64,000 nt of DNA from a bacterium (GCA_035419245.1 DAOLSP010000001.1:636309-700308); one strand, 5' to 3'; positions 21,353 through 31,142 are shown, numbered from the stretch's first letter. Translations and numbers: made by a program. The notes: generated from the letters alone by a model not told the origin.

Positions 21353-21505
21353 TCATTTGGCCTTGCCGAGTATTTTGTATACGCCGGTGCCGCATTTGGC
21401 GCAGGTGCCTTTGAGGGCCGCGCGGCCGTTTTTCATCGTCACCTTTTTGCCGTCCTTGACTTCGGTTTTGGCTTTGCATTTGACGCAATATGCTGTATCG
21501 GCCAC
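21353..21505 (-). CDS. Small (50-aa) CxxC...CxxC zinc-ribbon protein with a GTG start. Not in the ORF track.
   Basis: Minus-strand translation gives VADTAYCVKCKAKTEVKDGKKVTMKNGRAALKGTCAKCGTGVYKILGKAK. Two CxxC pairs. GGAGGA RBS 7 nt upstream of GTG. Ends at the strong terminator. The track ORFs 21342..21524(+) and 21348..21536(-) are other frames with no features. It resembles widespread small zinc-ribbon proteins of unknown function. Confidence 0.6.
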   Translation of the reverse strand: MADTAYCVKCKAKTEVKDGKKVTMKNGRAALKGTCAKCGTGVYKILGKAK

Positions 21506-21520
21506 CTTGGTATCCTCCCG

Positions 21521-21557
21521 TTAAGTTAATCCCCACAAAGCGCTAATTTTAACTTAA
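21521..21557. promoter_or_regulatory. Inverted repeat TTAAGTTAA-N19-TTAACTTAA in the 5' region of the zinc-ribbon gene (candidate operator).
   Basis: Perfect 9-bp arms at 21521-21529 and 21549-21557. AT-rich in a GC-rich context. Lies 16-52 nt upstream of the GTG start on the minus strand. Confidence 0.3.
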
Positions 21558-21624
21558 AATAAGGCATTCGCGGGCAAAAGTCAATTAAAAGTTGCCCCTC
21601 AGGGAAAAAAAAGCGAGGTGCCGC

Positions 21625-22059
21625 TCAGGGCGGCGATGCGTCACATTTGATTAAATTACAATAAATTGAACGATCTGCGCGGCTCAGGGTCTCACCGAAG
21701 ATCCGCCAAACGAGCGCTGCCAGCAGCAGTCCGAGCAAATCCGCGAGGGCATCGAAGCCGTCGCAAAAGCGGCCGGGGATGAAGGCCTGATGCAGCTCAT
21801 CGAGACAGGCGAGGGGGATGCCGATCCGGAAAAGGGCGCGGAGGTCGGCGCCTTCGAAGGCGGGCCGGCCGCGCACCCGGGCGCGCACGATGAGCACCCC
21901 CAGGATACCATAGACCAGGAGATGGTAAATCTTGTCTTCCAGCCTGAGGCCGAGCGAAGGCGGCTTGAGGTCAGGCAGGGAGGTTAGGGTGAGGATGAAG
22001 CCCGCGCAGATCCATGCCGGGAGCTGCCAGTAGAATTTTTCCTGGAGGTTCTTCAGCAT
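21625..22059 (-). CDS. VanZ-like family membrane protein.
   Basis: Four TM helices. 'DKIYHLLVYG' and 'DELHQAFIPGR' VanZ signature residues. Confidence 0.7.
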   Translation of the reverse strand: MLKNLQEKFYWQLPAWICAGFILTLTSLPDLKPPSLGLRLEDKIYHLLVYGILGVLIVRARVRGRPAFEGADLRALFRIGIPLACLDELHQAFIPGRFCDGFDALADLLGLLLAALVWRIFGETLSRADRSIYCNLIKCDASPP

Positions 22060-23597
22060 GGTGGCCGCAGCATCTGGATGGCGGTGGGCAGCGTCTCGAG
22101 CAGGTCGCCGGCGATCATCCCCATCTCGCCCTTGCGGTCACGGGCGAGGTCGCCTGCGGCGCCATGGAGCCAGACCCCACAGAGGGCGGCGTCGAGGGGC
22201 GAGAGGCCCTGGGCCAGCAGGCCGGCGATCACGCCGGTGAGCACGTCCCCGGAGCCGGCCGTGGCCATACCGGGGTTGCCGGTGGCATTGAGAAAGAGGG
22301 CGCCATCCGGCGCGGCGATGATCGTCGGGTTTCCCTTGAGGACAAGGATGTGGCCGAATTTTTTGGCCCACGCGCCGGCGGCGGCGAGGGGATCGGCAAG
22401 AATGGCGGAGATTGCCAGGCCGGTAAGCCGGGAGAGTTCGCCGGGGTGCGGCGTCAGGATCAGCGCTCCGGCATAGGTTTGCAGGAGCTCGGGGGTATCG
22501 GCGCAGAGGGTGAGCCCGTCGGCGTCAAGGACCATGGGTTGGCGCATCTCGCGGAGGAGGCGATGGACCAGGGCGGCGGTGCTGGGGTGCTGCCCCAGTC
22601 CCGGGCCCACGGCCAGGGCGGTGCGCGCGGCGGCCGCTGCGGACCACGCCGGCCAGGCGGCCTCGCTGAGGATTCCGGGCGTCTCCTCGGTGAAGGGCCA
22701 AGTGATGACCTCGGTGAGTTTTGGCGCCACGAGCGGCAGCAGGCTGTGGGCGGCTGCGAGGTAACAGAGACCACAGCCGGCGCGCAGAGTGGCGGTGGCG
22801 GTGAGCACGGCCGCGCCGGTGAAACCGAGGGAGCCGGCGATGACGCCGACGCTGCCGAGGCTGTTTTTATGGGCGGTGAGAGCGCGCTGCGGCAATCGGG
22901 CGGTGATATCGGCCGCTTCGAGACGGCGAACCGGAGGGCCGTTTTCCGGTGTCCGGGCCAGAGGTATGCCGATATCGATGAGGTGGAGCGCGCCCGCCTG
23001 TTCACGTCCCGGCGAGAGCAGCAGCCCCCGCTTGAGGTGGCCCATGATTGCGGTGGCGCTGGCGCGGATGGCGGCGCCTTGGATCGCCCCGGTGTCGGCA
23101 TCGATGCCGGTCGGCAGATCGACGGCGAGCAGCGGTGCCTCGAGCGCGTTGAGCAGATCGGCCATGGCCGCGATGAGGCCGCGTAGCGGCATCGTTGCGC
23201 CGGTCCCGAGCATGGCGTCAATGATCAAGTGTGGCGCCGGGCAAGGCGCGGGCGGCAGGGCCTCCAGAAAGGTCACGGTGCCGCCCATCTTTTCCCAGAT
23301 GACCAGATTGACGAGGGCGTCGCCGGTGATTTTGTGCCGCGGCGCAACGACCCAAAGGGTTACAAGAGATCCGGTATTGGCCAGATGGCGGGCGATGACC
23401 AAGCCGTCACCGCCGTTGTTGCCCGGGCCGCAGACGATCAGGACCCGCTTGCCTGCCGGATCGCCGAGCAGGGAGCGGGCGATGTCGGCGGCGCCGCGCC
23501 CGGCATTCTCCATGAGCAGCAAAGAAGGGATGCGGAGCTGCTCCTGGCACGCTTGATCGAGTGCGGCCATTTCTGCCGCTGTGACGACGATCTGCAT
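22053..23597 (-). CDS. nnr: Bifunctional NAD(P)H-hydrate repair enzyme (N-terminal YjeF_N epimerase plus C-terminal ADP-dependent dehydratase).
   Basis: N-terminal 'LIVCGPGNNGGDGLVIAR'. C-terminal carbohydrate-kinase-like 'GSGDVLTGVIAGLLAQG'. AGGAGA RBS. Confidence 0.9.
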   Translation of the reverse strand: MQIVVTAAEMAALDQACQEQLRIPSLLLMENAGRGAADIARSLLGDPAGKRVLIVCGPGNNGGDGLVIARHLANTGSLVTLWVVAPRHKITGDALVNLVIWEKMGGTVTFLEALPPAPCPAPHLIIDAMLGTGATMPLRGLIAAMADLLNALEAPLLAVDLPTGIDADTGAIQGAAIRASATAIMGHLKRGLLLSPGREQAGALHLIDIGIPLARTPENGPPVRRLEAADITARLPQRALTAHKNSLGSVGVIAGSLGFTGAAVLTATATLRAGCGLCYLAAAHSLLPLVAPKLTEVITWPFTEETPGILSEAAWPAWSAAAAARTALAVGPGLGQHPSTAALVHRLLREMRQPMVLDADGLTLCADTPELLQTYAGALILTPHPGELSRLTGLAISAILADPLAAAGAWAKKFGHILVLKGNPTIIAAPDGALFLNATGNPGMATAGSGDVLTGVIAGLLAQGLSPLDAALCGVWLHGAAGDLARDRKGEMGMIAGDLLETLPTAIQMLRPPC

Positions 23598-23637
23598 GAT
23601 TTTCTCCTGAATAACCGGCGATTCGCGCGGCTGCCCG

Positions 23638-24039
23638 TCAGTTTTCCCCCGGGACTTGTGCTTCTTCAGACCGCTCCTGGATCACCACCACCGCAATGGC
23701 GGCAAGACGGCTGTGGCTGAGGGTCAGCAAGATCTGCTGCGTCGGGAAGAGCTGCGCCAGCCCCCCCTGCAGCTTGATCTCGGGCCGGCCGTTGGCGGCG
23801 TTCTCGACGCGGAGGTCATGCCAGCGGAAGTGGCGGTATTCCGCTTCGTTCAGGCATTTGATGAAGGCCTCCTTGGCGGCGAAGCGGGCGGCCATGGAAT
23901 CGATGCCTGAAGCCTTGCGGCGGCAGTAAGCGATCTCCTCGGCGGTGAGGATGCGTTGGAGGAATTGGTCACCCCACCGGTTGACGGCGGCGGCGAAACG
24001 GCTGAGATCGACGATATCGGCACCGATGGCGCGGACCAT
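23638..24039 (-). CDS. acpS: Holo-[acyl-carrier-protein] synthase (4'-phosphopantetheinyl transferase).
   Basis: 'GADIVDLSRF...' with conserved D8 and E57 region. About 130 aa. Confidence 0.85.
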   Translation of the reverse strand: MVRAIGADIVDLSRFAAAVNRWGDQFLQRILTAEEIAYCRRKASGIDSMAARFAAKEAFIKCLNEAEYRHFRWHDLRVENAANGRPEIKLQGGLAQLFPTQQILLTLSHSRLAAIAVVVIQERSEEAQVPGEN

Positions 24040-24202
24040 CCGGCACTACCTCCAGCTGGTGCAAGGCCGAAACAACGGAACTATTTAAAAATTAACACAT
24101 ATGGCCGTATAAATCAATAACTTTTGCTTGCTTGTCTATCTTTTTTCATGTACTTTTATGAATAAGGACAAAAAGTACATTGCGGATTGTCATACAGCGC
24201 TC

Positions 24203-24784
24203 ATGGATCCCATATCACCTCAACTCATACGCGATGCCATCGCCGGGGATCAGAAGGCCTATGCCGAGATCGTCCACCGTTACCGCAACCAGATCTACAA
24301 CCTTATTCTGCGGATGGTGCGGCGGCGCGAAGAGGCGGAGGATCTGACCCAGGAGACCTTTATCAAGGCCTTCAATGCCCTGGCCAGTTTCAATGCCGAA
24401 TATGCCTTCAGCACCTGGCTTTACAAGATCGCCGTCAACAACTGCATCGACCATTTCCGTAAAAAACGCCTCAAGACCTTTCCGATCGACAATCCCATCA
24501 CGGCGAAGGATGGCGAGCTGCAGCGCGAGTTTCCCGACCAGGAGGCCGGCCCCGATGCCGGATTGATGGAAAAAGAACGCCGCCTCACGATCGAGGAGGC
24601 CATCGCCTCGCTGCCGGAAAAATACCGCCAGGCCATCGTCTTGCGCCATGCCCAGGATAAATCCTACGAAGAGATCGCTCTGGGGCTCGGGATCCCCATC
24701 GGCACCGTCAAGGTGCGCATCTTCCGGGCGCGCGAAATGTTGAAGAAAAAGCTGCGCGACCAGCGCAAGAGCCTTTTCAGCTGA
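24203..24784 (+). CDS. ECF-family RNA polymerase sigma factor (sigma-70 regions 2 and 4). The alternative start is ATG 24158.
   Basis: 'AGDQKAYAEIVHRYRNQIYNLILRMV...AEDLTQETFIKAF' region 2. 'YRQAIVLRHAQDKSYEEIALGLGIPIGTVKVRIFRAREML' region 4. Confidence 0.88.
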   Translation: MDPISPQLIRDAIAGDQKAYAEIVHRYRNQIYNLILRMVRRREEAEDLTQETFIKAFNALASFNAEYAFSTWLYKIAVNNCIDHFRKKRLKTFPIDNPITAKDGELQREFPDQEAGPDAGLMEKERRLTIEEAIASLPEKYRQAIVLRHAQDKSYEEIALGLGIPIGTVKVRIFRAREMLKKKLRDQRKSLFS

Positions 24785-25964
24785 TCCCGGCGCACAACTC
24801 CCGGCAGACCAGATCATAGAGCAGCACCCCGTTTCGCGTCAGTGCCAGCCGTGCGCCGTTCAGGGTCAGGAGCGCCTCTCCCTCCGCAGCGGCGAAGGGG
24901 GGCGACCCCAGCGCCACACCGCCCAGCCGTTTCAGGACGCGGGCGCCTCGCTTGAGAAGGTCTTCGCCGAAGCGCTGCTGCCAGAGCTCAAGATCGATGC
25001 CGGCGCTGCGGCGCAGGCCCAGCAAAACGGTCTCGGTCCGCTTCTCCTCCATCCCGAGTGTTTCTTCGCCAGCCACCGCCGGTTCTCCCCTCTCCCAGCT
25101 CTCGAGGTAGGCCTCAAGATCCCGGACGTTCCACCAGCGCTTCCCCGCAGCGTAAGAGTGGGCGGCCGGTCCCACCCCCAGGTAATCCGAACCGCCCCAG
25201 TACCCCTGATTGTGCCGGGCTTCGCACCCCGGCCGGCTGTAATTGGAGATCTCGTAGTGACGGTAGCCGGCGCATTCCAGCAGTGTCTTGCCGGTGAGAA
25301 ACATCTCCCGCTCGTGTTCTTCATCGCAGCGCTGCAGTTCGCCGCGTGCGAACGCTCCGGCCAGTGGGGTGACGGGTTCCACGGTCAGACTGTAGAGCGA
25401 GAGATGTTCGGGGTGGTACTCGAGGGCAGCGGTGACCGACGCGGCGTACGTAGTGACGGATTGGCCGGGCAGTCCGAAAATGAGGTCCAGGCTGAGATTG
25501 GAAAAGCCCGCCTCCCGGGCGGCTGTGATAGCGGAATGCGCTGCGGCGGCCGAGTGGATGCGGGTCAGCAGCTGCAGTTCGCGGTCGTCGAAAGACTGGA
25601 TGCCAAGGGAGAGGCGGTTGATGCCGGCGCGGCGGTACCCGGCGAGATGGCGGATGTCAAGGGCGCCGGGGTTGGCTTCGAGGGTGATCTCGGTATCGGG
25701 CCCGGGCGGCCAGGCGACGGTAAGGGTTTCGAGGAGCGGCTCGAGGACATCAGGCGGGATCAGGGATGGGGTTCCGCCGCCCCAATAGAGGCTGGCGAGG
25801 AAGCGGTCCGCGAAAAGGGGGGAGCGCCGGTAAAAGGCGATCTCCTGCTGCAGCGCCGCGAGGTAGCGCGGCAGCAGGTGGGTGCGGGTCGTGGAGTAAA
25901 AGTCGCAGTAGATGCACTTGTGCTGGCAAAAGGGGATATGGATATAGAGGGCCAGCGGGTCCAT
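24777..25964 (-). CDS. hemW: Radical-SAM heme chaperone HemW (HemN-like, oxygen-independent coproporphyrinogen-III oxidase family).
   Basis: 'LYIHIPFCQHKCIYCDF' CxxxCxxC radical-SAM motif. HemN_C-like tail. Confidence 0.88.
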   Translation of the reverse strand: MDPLALYIHIPFCQHKCIYCDFYSTTRTHLLPRYLAALQQEIAFYRRSPLFADRFLASLYWGGGTPSLIPPDVLEPLLETLTVAWPPGPDTEITLEANPGALDIRHLAGYRRAGINRLSLGIQSFDDRELQLLTRIHSAAAAHSAITAAREAGFSNLSLDLIFGLPGQSVTTYAASVTAALEYHPEHLSLYSLTVEPVTPLAGAFARGELQRCDEEHEREMFLTGKTLLECAGYRHYEISNYSRPGCEARHNQGYWGGSDYLGVGPAAHSYAAGKRWWNVRDLEAYLESWERGEPAVAGEETLGMEEKRTETVLLGLRRSAGIDLELWQQRFGEDLLKRGARVLKRLGGVALGSPPFAAAEGEALLTLNGARLALTRNGVLLYDLVCRELCAGIS

Positions 25965-25967
25965 GGC

Positions 25968-26678
25968 TCAGCGGATGATGCCGAAAATGCGCGACCACCG
26001 CACGCGGTGGAGAAGCGATTCGGCGTGGTCATAGGAGAAATAGATGACCATGGCCTGGCCGCGGATATTCGCCATCGGCATGAAACCCCAGTAGCGGCTA
26101 TCCTGGCTGTTGTCGCGGTTGTCGCCCATCATGAAGAGATGGTGGGGCGGTACCACCACCGGTCCAAAATCGTAAGCGAATCCTTCATAGCGGCGGATGG
26201 TATACTCGCGGCCCTCGGGGATGCGTACCCGGTAGTAGTTGATCCAGCGCCCCTCCGAGTCATCGAAGCGACGTTCAAGGAAGCGGATCTCGCCCTCGGG
26301 CCTGCTGTTGATATAGACCAGACCCTTGCGCATCGATACGGTGTCGCCCGGTACACCGATGCAGCGCTTAATATAGTCAAGTTTTTCATCGAGGGGGTAC
26401 TTGAAGACGATGATATCCCCACGTTTGGGCTGATGGATGGCTGGCATGTGCAGGGAGGGCAGTTTGATGTCGGTCCCGATGATGCGGTCCGGGGTGTTGG
26501 CGCCATAGACAAATTTGTTGACCAGGAGAAAATCACCGACCAGGAGGGTGTCCTTCATCGATCCGGTGGGAATGCGAAAAGCCTGGATGACCAGTATGCG
26601 CAAGATCAGGGCGGCGATCAGCGCAACGGTCAATGCCTCGAAATACTCCTTGAAAATCTGACGTCCTTTACCGCTCAT
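25968..26678 (-). CDS. lepB: Signal peptidase I.
   Basis: 'SMKDTLLVGDFLLVNKF' (catalytic Ser box). 'GDNRDNSQDSRYWGF' (box E). N-terminal TM. Confidence 0.92.
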   Translation of the reverse strand: MSGKGRQIFKEYFEALTVALIAALILRILVIQAFRIPTGSMKDTLLVGDFLLVNKFVYGANTPDRIIGTDIKLPSLHMPAIHQPKRGDIIVFKYPLDEKLDYIKRCIGVPGDTVSMRKGLVYINSRPEGEIRFLERRFDDSEGRWINYYRVRIPEGREYTIRRYEGFAYDFGPVVVPPHHLFMMGDNRDNSQDSRYWGFMPMANIRGQAMVIYFSYDHAESLLHRVRWSRIFGIIR

Positions 26679-26710
26679 TCATGATCCTTTCGCCATTCGG
26701 CTGGGCTGGC

Positions 26711-28321
26711 TTAATAGGTCCATTCCATTTTATCTAACTTATTCTCCGCCATGACGGTTCCCTGGTAAAGCGCGGCCACGACGAACAGGGCGGAAATGAG
26801 GATGCCTGGATCCGGGGAGTGCAGGAATACGAGGCTGAGGGCGATCAGGCCGCCGACGAGCCCCATGCAGCCAAAGAGTACCAGAGAGAGAAAAAAGCTG
26901 CTGCCGGCGCTGATCATCCGTTTGGGATGATCCCATGCGAAATTGGAAAAGTACACCCCGAATAGGCCACCGCACAGGGTCGCTCCGGCATCCAGTACTG
27001 CCAGTACGGCAAGAATACGAACAAGGGCGGCGGCGGAGGTAGGGTAGATCAGAGCGATGATGCCCGCAGCGAAGATCCCGCTGCACAGGATGAAGAGGAA
27101 GCTGAGGGTCATCTTGGCCAACCAGACCCAACGTAGCCGGACGGGCGCCAATTTGAAGAGGCCGAAGGCGGTGCGTTCCATCGGCACCATGCGCGTGGAC
27201 AGGGTGCTGCCCATGAGCATGCTAAAGATGAAGAGAAAGAGGAAGGGCATATAGACGGCGAAACGGCCGGTCTCCGCCGCGCTCTGGTTGAGAAAGGGTA
27301 GCAGGATCATCATCAGGGTGAAGAGGAGGATCTGCATCAGCTGCTGGGTGTCGCGGCGGATGATCAGGAAGTCGCGCCGGATGATCTGGACGAAGAGACT
27401 GCCATCCCGGCTGAAGCTGGAGGGACGGGTTTTCCCGGTCCTCTGCCTGCGGTGGGTGGTCATCTCCAGACCGCTGAAGATGTCGCGGCGCAGGGCCCCG
27501 CGCAGCAACGCTGAGGTGAGTCCGTACAGCAGCAGGCTGGTCGCCAGCAGCAACAAGCCGCTGCCCGCTGCAGCGGCGAAGCGATGGTCATGGATGGACA
27601 TGAGGCAGCGGATGAGTCCATCCGAGGGCAGCCAGGCGGCCAGCCGTGCCCCGGCGTCGAGGTACCGCTGACCGGGCAGGGTGGAGGCCGCAGCAGGGAG
27701 GCGTTCCGGACGCATCACCTGAAAGCCGAGCCAAACGGCGATCGAAATTAGGCTGAGGAGCATGGCAGCGACGTTTTTGGCCTTGCGGGCTGGCATGACG
27801 CTCACCAGCCCCATTGCCAGGAAGGCACCCAATCCGGTGGGGATGGTCAGAAATATCAGGCTCATGGGCGGCAGCAGGATCCAAAAAAGAAGCGGCGCGC
27901 CGATGACGATGCCTGCGGAGATCAGCACCGGCAATCCGATGCCAAAATAGAGAGTGGAGTTGGCGAAGGTGGCCTCAAGGAACTTGAACTGCAGGATGGT
28001 CGTGTGCGGGATCGGGGAACTCAGCAGCAGGGGGAGATCCCTGGAGAGAAAGAGGATGTGGAGCACCAGGGCCAGGCCGCTGAAGAGCAGCATGATGAAG
28101 ACGCCAAGCAAGATGTTGCGCAGCAGCAGCTGAACCGCGGGACTCCCCAGCTCCGGGTTTTGCATCATCACCGTCATCATGGCGTGGATATTGACGAGGA
28201 CCAGCAGGGGCAGGATGATCAGGCCGATATAGCCCAGCAGCCGGCGGCGGGATTTTTTTCCGCCGCGGCGCATGCTGTTGAGGAGGGCGCGGAGGCGGGT
28301 TTTCAGCAGCACTCCCAGCAT
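26711..28321 (-). CDS. Multi-TM permease of a putative ABC exporter (partner of the adjacent ATPase).
   Basis: About 12 predicted TM helices and no soluble domain. Starts 4 nt after the ATPase stop. ATG at 28321 (aa 12 of the track ORF) is preferred. Confidence 0.6.
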   Translation of the reverse strand: MLGVLLKTRLRALLNSMRRGGKKSRRRLLGYIGLIILPLLVLVNIHAMMTVMMQNPELGSPAVQLLLRNILLGVFIMLLFSGLALVLHILFLSRDLPLLLSSPIPHTTILQFKFLEATFANSTLYFGIGLPVLISAGIVIGAPLLFWILLPPMSLIFLTIPTGLGAFLAMGLVSVMPARKAKNVAAMLLSLISIAVWLGFQVMRPERLPAAASTLPGQRYLDAGARLAAWLPSDGLIRCLMSIHDHRFAAAAGSGLLLLATSLLLYGLTSALLRGALRRDIFSGLEMTTHRRQRTGKTRPSSFSRDGSLFVQIIRRDFLIIRRDTQQLMQILLFTLMMILLPFLNQSAAETGRFAVYMPFLFLFIFSMLMGSTLSTRMVPMERTAFGLFKLAPVRLRWVWLAKMTLSFLFILCSGIFAAGIIALIYPTSAAALVRILAVLAVLDAGATLCGGLFGVYFSNFAWDHPKRMISAGSSFFLSLVLFGCMGLVGGLIALSLVFLHSPDPGILISALFVVAALYQGTVMAENKLDKMEWTY

Positions 28322-28325
28322 CGGT

Positions 28326-29084
28326 TTATTGCTCCTCCAGGAAGCGGCTGACATCGTCGCCGTTAGTGGAACCGGTCAGCTGCAAAAAGATCTCCTCGAG
28401 AGAGGCTTTTCCCGTGGCGGTTTGCTGCCGCAGCTCCTCCATGGTGCCGAGGGCGATCAGCCGGCCCTCGTGGATGATGCCGGCGCGGTCGCACATACGC
28501 TCGGCTACCTCGAGTATATGGGTGGACATGAAGATCGTGGCGCCGTGGTCAACCAGGCCGCGCAGCAGGTCCTTGAGACTGCGCGCCGCCTTGGGATCAA
28601 GGCCGACAGTGGGTTCATCAAGGAAGAGGACGCGGGGTTCATGGACCAGGGCGCCGGCGAGGGCCACTTTCTGCTTCATCCCGTGCGAGAACTCTTCGAT
28701 CAGCTCGTCGGCGCGATCGTTGATCTCGAAAATATCAAAGAGCTGCTGCACCCGCCGTGCGGCGTCGGGTTCGGGCACGCGATAGAGACGGGCCATGAAG
28801 TGGACGAACTCGCGCGCGGTTAGTTTTTCATAGAGGACCGGCGATTCCTGCACTAGGCCGAAGAGCCGTTTGGCCCCAAGTGGATCCGCGGCCATGTCGA
28901 TGCCGTCAATGAGCACGCGTCCCCGGTCCGGATGGAGCAGCCCGGTCATCATCTTGATCGAGGTGGTTTTGCCGGCGCCGTTAGGGCCGAGGAAGACGAA
29001 GAGCTCATTTTCGATCCGCAATGAGAGCTCTTCAACCGCGACCCGCTCCCCGAACGATTTGTGCAGTTTTTCGACCTCAAGCAT
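28326..29084 (-). CDS. ABC transporter ATP-binding protein.
   Basis: Walker A 'GPNGAGKTT'. Signature 'FSHGMKQKVALAGAL'. Walker B 'VLFLDEPTVGLD'. H-loop 'TIFMSTH'. The track's N-terminal extension to 29279 is featureless. Confidence 0.9.
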   Translation of the reverse strand: MLEVEKLHKSFGERVAVEELSLRIENELFVFLGPNGAGKTTSIKMMTGLLHPDRGRVLIDGIDMAADPLGAKRLFGLVQESPVLYEKLTAREFVHFMARLYRVPEPDAARRVQQLFDIFEINDRADELIEEFSHGMKQKVALAGALVHEPRVLFLDEPTVGLDPKAARSLKDLLRGLVDHGATIFMSTHILEVAERMCDRAGIIHEGRLIALGTMEELRQQTATGKASLEEIFLQLTGSTNGDDVSRFLEEQ

Positions 29085-29149
29085 AAGAGGAGACTTCCCC
29101 CGTATTGTTGATCTCCATGCTGTACTTCCCGGAAAGTGGATAAGCGGTA

Positions 29150-30943
29150 TCAGGATTTGAGGATGGCCAGAAAGGCTTCCTGGGGCACTTCGACGCGGCC
29201 CAGCTGTTTCATCCGTTTCTTGCCCTCTTTCTGTTTTTCGAGCAGCTTGCGCTTGCGGGTGATATCGCCGCCGTAGCACTTGGCAGTGACGTTTTTACGC
29301 ACAGCGCGGACGGTTTCGCGGGCAATGACCTTGCTGCCGATGGCGGCTTGGATCGCCACCTCGAATTGCTGACGCGGGATGAGTTCGCTCAGTTTTTCGC
29401 AGACACGGCGGCCCCACTCGTAGGCCTTGTCCCGGTGGACGATGGTCGAGAGCGCATCAACCGACTCGCCGTTGAGGAGGATGTCGAGCTTGACCACCGG
29501 GCCCTCGCGAAAGCCGGTGAACTCGTAATCGAAGGAGGCATACCCGCGCGTCACCGATTTGAGTTTGTCGTAGAAATCGAAAATGACCTCGCTCAACGGA
29601 AATTCGTAGTGCATGTTGACGCGGCTTTTATCGACGTATTCGGTATTGATATAAGTGCCGCGTCGCTCCATCGCCAGCGACATGATCGCGCCGATGTATT
29701 CGGCGGGTGTGACGATGCTGGCCTTGATATAGGGTTCCTCGACATGGTCGATATCGTTTGGGGAGGGCAGGTTGGCCGGATTATCCATCACCAGTTGGGT
29801 GCCCTTATTGGTGAAGACGTGGTACTCTACGTTCGGGACGGTGGTCACCAGGTCGAGGTCATATTCGCGCTCGAGACGCTCCTGGACGATCTCCATGTGG
29901 AGGAGACCGAGGAAACCGCAGCGGAATCCGAAGCCGAGGGCGAGCGAGGTTTCGGGCTCGTACCAGAGGGCCGAATCGTTCAGCTTTAATTTCTCCAGCG
30001 CTGCGCGCAGCTCTTCATAGTTCTCGGCGATCGAGGGAAAGAGCCCTGAAAAGACCATGGGCAGGACCTCGCGGTAGCCGGGCAACGGCTCGAGCGCGGG
30101 ATGGTCCTCGGTGGTGATGGTGTCGCCCACCTTGGTGTCCTTGACGTCCTTGGCGCCGGCGATGACATAGCCGACCTCGCCGGCGTGGAGCACATCCTGG
30201 CGGATCTGCTTCATGCGCAGGATCCCGACCTCCTGGGCCTCGAAGACCTTGCCGGTGGAGAAGAACTTGATCTTTTGTCCCGCAGTGATCGATCCCTCCA
30301 CCACGCGCACGTAGGCGATCGCTCCACGGTAGGCATTAAAGACCGAATCGAAGATCAGGGCGCGCGTCGGCTTGTCCGTGGCTGGTGTGGGCGCCGGGAT
30401 GCGTTCGACCACTGCTTCGAGGATATCGGGGATCCCGGTGCCCGCCTTGGCGCTGGCAAGGATGATTTCCGACTCCTTGCAGCCGAGCAGGTCGATGATC
30501 TGGTGCTTAATGGCGTCGATGTCGATATTGGGTAGGTCGATCTTGTTGATCACCGGGATGATCTCGAGATCGTTCTCGATGGCGAGATAGAGATTGCTGA
30601 CCGTCTGGGCCTCCACGCCCTGGGCGGCATCGACCACCAGCAAGGCGCCTTCGCAGGCGGCGAGGCTGCGGGAAACCTCGTAGGTAAAATCGACATGCCC
30701 CGGCGTGTCGATGAGATTGAGGGTGTAGACCTCGCCGTTGGGCCGGGTGTACTCCATGGTCACGGGATGCATCTTGATGGTGATGCCGCGTTCGCGCTCC
30801 AGATCCATGCTGTCGAGCACCTGGTCCTTCATCTCATAGCTGCTCAGGGTACCGGTGGCCTCGAGCAGGCGGTCGGCGAGGGTCGACTTGCCGTGATCGA
30901 TATGGGCGATGATGCAAAAATTTCGAATGGGGTTTTTTGTCAT
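29150..30943 (-). CDS. lepA: Elongation factor 4 (translational GTPase LepA).
   Basis: '[20 protein letters not shown]' G1 motif and 'DTPGHVDF' G3 motif. LepA-specific C-terminal domain. About 598 aa. Confidence 0.95.
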   Translation of the reverse strand: MTKNPIRNFCIIAHIDHGKSTLADRLLEATGTLSSYEMKDQVLDSMDLERERGITIKMHPVTMEYTRPNGEVYTLNLIDTPGHVDFTYEVSRSLAACEGALLVVDAAQGVEAQTVSNLYLAIENDLEIIPVINKIDLPNIDIDAIKHQIIDLLGCKESEIILASAKAGTGIPDILEAVVERIPAPTPATDKPTRALIFDSVFNAYRGAIAYVRVVEGSITAGQKIKFFSTGKVFEAQEVGILRMKQIRQDVLHAGEVGYVIAGAKDVKDTKVGDTITTEDHPALEPLPGYREVLPMVFSGLFPSIAENYEELRAALEKLKLNDSALWYEPETSLALGFGFRCGFLGLLHMEIVQERLEREYDLDLVTTVPNVEYHVFTNKGTQLVMDNPANLPSPNDIDHVEEPYIKASIVTPAEYIGAIMSLAMERRGTYINTEYVDKSRVNMHYEFPLSEVIFDFYDKLKSVTRGYASFDYEFTGFREGPVVKLDILLNGESVDALSTIVHRDKAYEWGRRVCEKLSELIPRQQFEVAIQAAIGSKVIARETVRAVRKNVTAKCYGGDITRKRKLLEKQKEGKKRMKQLGRVEVPQEAFLAILKS

Positions 30944-31083
30944 GTATCCGCTGCAAGGTTGAGGCATCATAATATGACATGAAAGTTAGTAAAAATCTAT
31001 AAATAAATCAATTGAAAAAGCGGAGGCGCGCGGGCCGATCGGCAAGTGCAGTCGCCGGTGTGGGGGCCGGTCTGCCTTGACCG

Positions 31084-31112
31084 TTGACAAAGGCTGACGG
31101 AATCGGTATATT
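31084..31112 (+). promoter_or_regulatory. Near-consensus sigma-70 promoter: -35 TTGACA, 17-nt spacer, -10 TATATT.
   Basis: TTGACA at 31084-31089 and TATATT at 31107-31112. It is 30 nt upstream of the bshA ATG (31143), which has a GGAG RBS. Confidence 0.55.
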
Positions 31113-31142
31113 ACAGCACTTCCAAACCTGAATGGAGCCAGC

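Noticed and set aside
21342-21536. Track ORFs 21342..21524(+) and 21348..21536(-).
   Set aside because: Both are featureless. A third frame on the minus strand gives a double-CxxC zinc-ribbon protein with a perfect RBS, ending at the terminator.
22460-23221. Ser/Pro/Ala/Arg-rich ORFs (for example 22460..23221-, 43467..43949-, 34211..34660+, 12097..12352-) that could be mistaken for intrinsically disordered or collagen-like proteins.
   Set aside because: They are alternate-frame readings of GC-rich genes (nnr, VIT-vWA, the sigma-54 RR, GT2). The composition is typical of frame-shifted GC-rich codons.
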